A stretch of 64,000 nucleotides of DNA, taken from Gekko japonicus (taxonomy: Eukaryota). The stretch spans positions 127,551 through 191,550 of the forward strand of contig NW_015163636.1 of assembly GCF_001447785.1 (NCBI RefSeq), written 5' to 3'. The notes under the pieces are model-generated. The model was not told the origin of the DNA. It saw only the letters and a list, made by a program, of their open reading frames with translations, and did no database searches. Positions 62,458 through 64,000 of the stretch are shown here, one piece after another. The translations under genes and the position numbers were made by a program. How positions within the stretch are numbered: the stretch's first letter is position 1; the number at the start of each line of letters is the position of its first letter.

Positions 62458-64000
62458 TTGTTGTTGTTGTTCAGTCGCACAGTTGAGTCCGACTCTTCGC
62501 GACCCCATGGACCAGCTCCCGCCAGGTCTTCCTGTCTTCCGCCGTCCTCTGAAGTTGGCTCAATTTCATGTTAGTTGCATCTATGACACTGTCTAACCAT
62601 CTCATCCTTTGCCGTCCCCGTCTTCTTTGACCTTCAATCTTTCCCAGCATCAGGGTCTTCTCCAGTGAGTGCTCCCTTCTCATTTGGTGGCCAAAGTATT
62701 TGACTGATTTGATCTTCTTGCAGTCCAAGGGACTCTCAAGAGTCTTCTCCAGCACCATAGTTCAAAAGAATCAATTCTTCGGCGCTCGGCCTTCCTTATA
62801 GTCTAACTCTCGCAGCCATACATGACTACTGGTGTGGTGCTGCTCGTTAGGGTGTGGGGTGCAGGGGTGCAGGCAATTCAAAGACGACAGGATACAAGCT
62901 TGCAGGAACTGTCTGAATGAAGGAAGGAAGGAACCTCCTCCTCTCACGCAGCAGGTTTATTTATACACCTTTCTTCCCCCTTCTCCCCCCCTCTCCCTCC
63001 ATAAGGGAGTTACAAGCATTAGAGCATCCTTTTGGAATGTGTGTGTGTGTGTGTGTTCAAGTTCTCTCAGGCAAGTTCTTATCAGTTGCTCCCCCTCTTC
63101 AAGGTTAAACCATCTGCGTAGTGATCAGTAAACAGATTCCATCTCGGCCTCTCATGACGTACAAGCATTTCAGCTCCCAACCTCCAGCCAGGAGAATAGT
63201 GATTTATTCTGCACTGCTGTCCTACATACTGGGAATACCATTGCTTTGACCATGCGGACTTTTGTTGGCAGGGTGATGTCTCTACTTTTTATCATGCTGT
63301 TTAGGTTCGCCATCGCTTTCCTCCCAAGGAGCAGGCGTCTTTTAATTTCATGGCTGCAGTCACAGTCTGCGGTGATCTGGGATCCCAGGAACGTGAAGTC
63401 TGTCACTACTTCCACAGCTTCCCCTTCTATTTGCCAAGGAGTGATGGGGCCGGATGCCATGATCTTAGTTTTTTTGATGTTGAGCTTCAAGCCCACTTTT
63501 GCGCTCTCCTCTTTTACCCTGAGCAAGAGGCTCTTGAGGTCCTCTTCACTTTCTGCCATCAGAGTGGTATCGTCTGCATATCTGAGGTTGTTGATCTTTT
63601 CCCCAGCAATCTTAATTCCCGCTTGTGATTCATCCAGGCCAGCATTTCGCATGATGTACTCTGCATATATATTAAATAAGCAAGGCGACAATATACATCC
63701 TTGTCGTACTCCTTTTCCTATGCTGAACCAATCAGTTGTTCCATATCCGGTTCTAACTGTCGCTTCTTGGCCCTTATACAGGTTTCTCAAGAGACATGTG
63801 AGGTGGTCTGGTACTCCCATCTCTTTAAGGCCCTGCCATAGTTTGTTGTGATCCACACAGTCAAAAGCTTTAGCATAGTCAATGAAGCAGAAGTAGATAT
63901 TTTTCTGGTACTCTCTTGCTTTCTCCATAATCCAGCGAATGTTGGCAATATGATCTCTCGTTCCTCTACCTCTTCGAAACCCAGCTTGTACTTCTGGTAG
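62458..64000 (-). mobile_element. RTE-BovB LINE, 3' portion running off the window, interrupted by a solo LTR
   Basis: The minus-strand ORF has reverse-transcriptase motifs (FIDYAKAFDCVDH, GVRQGCILSP, LRYADDT) and BovB C-terminal peptides (YFGH.MRR..SLEKTLMLGKIEG.RRRGRQRMRWLD), with a (CAA)n tail at 62458-62472. An internal ~57-bp deletion at 62701 relative to the 34633 copy has TTGA microhomology. Confidence 0.93.
62833..63226 (-). mobile_element. Solo LTR (394 bp) inserted in BovB
   Basis: TG...CA termini; perfect 6-bp TSD TACTGG at 62827-62832 and 63227-63232; TATAAATAAA on the minus strand near 62956-62965. Removing it restores contiguous BovB. Confidence 0.85.

Noticed and set aside
1-64000. 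Most of the supplied short ORFs as independent genes
   Set aside because: This is intron-rich vertebrate DNA. Apart from those overlapping the LOXL2-type exons, BovB and L1, the ORFs are chance frames, often in repeats or spanning N gaps, with no recognisable domains.

Overview
Eukaryotic genomic DNA from a squamate reptile, most likely a gecko (inferred from Sauria SINEs with (ACCTTT)n tails, RTE-BovB, and abundant TAGGGTTGCCA hAT MITEs), in a draft assembly with N gaps. The window lies inside one + strand gene of the lysyl oxidase-like 2 (LOXL2) type. Ten coding exons, corresponding to human exons 4-13 (4998..62217), splice into one open frame. It encodes SRCR2, SRCR3, SRCR4 and nearly all of the copper/LTQ amine-oxidase domain; exons 1-3 and the last exon lie outside the window. 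The catalytic domain is unusually divergent (AEGNK instead of AEGHK, GCYD instead of GCWD, a heavily substituted exon 13), which suggests a fast-evolving copy or paralogue. The introns are packed with transposable elements. The most striking non-coding observation is a near-perfect pre-tRNA-Gly(CCC), with leader and T4 trailer, fused to a full-length Sauria SINE inside one 12-bp target-site duplication (TSD), i.e. a chimeric retrocopy. Other notable items are a 1.26-kb non-coding, CpG-rich, polyadenylated L1-like retroposon with a 16-bp TSD, a solo LTR with a 6-bp TSD inside BovB, a GC-AG intron, and a 1.6-kb duplication around a gap whose copies differ by a MITE insertion. Comparisons to human and chicken LOXL2 and to repeat families are from recalled knowledge, not database searches.
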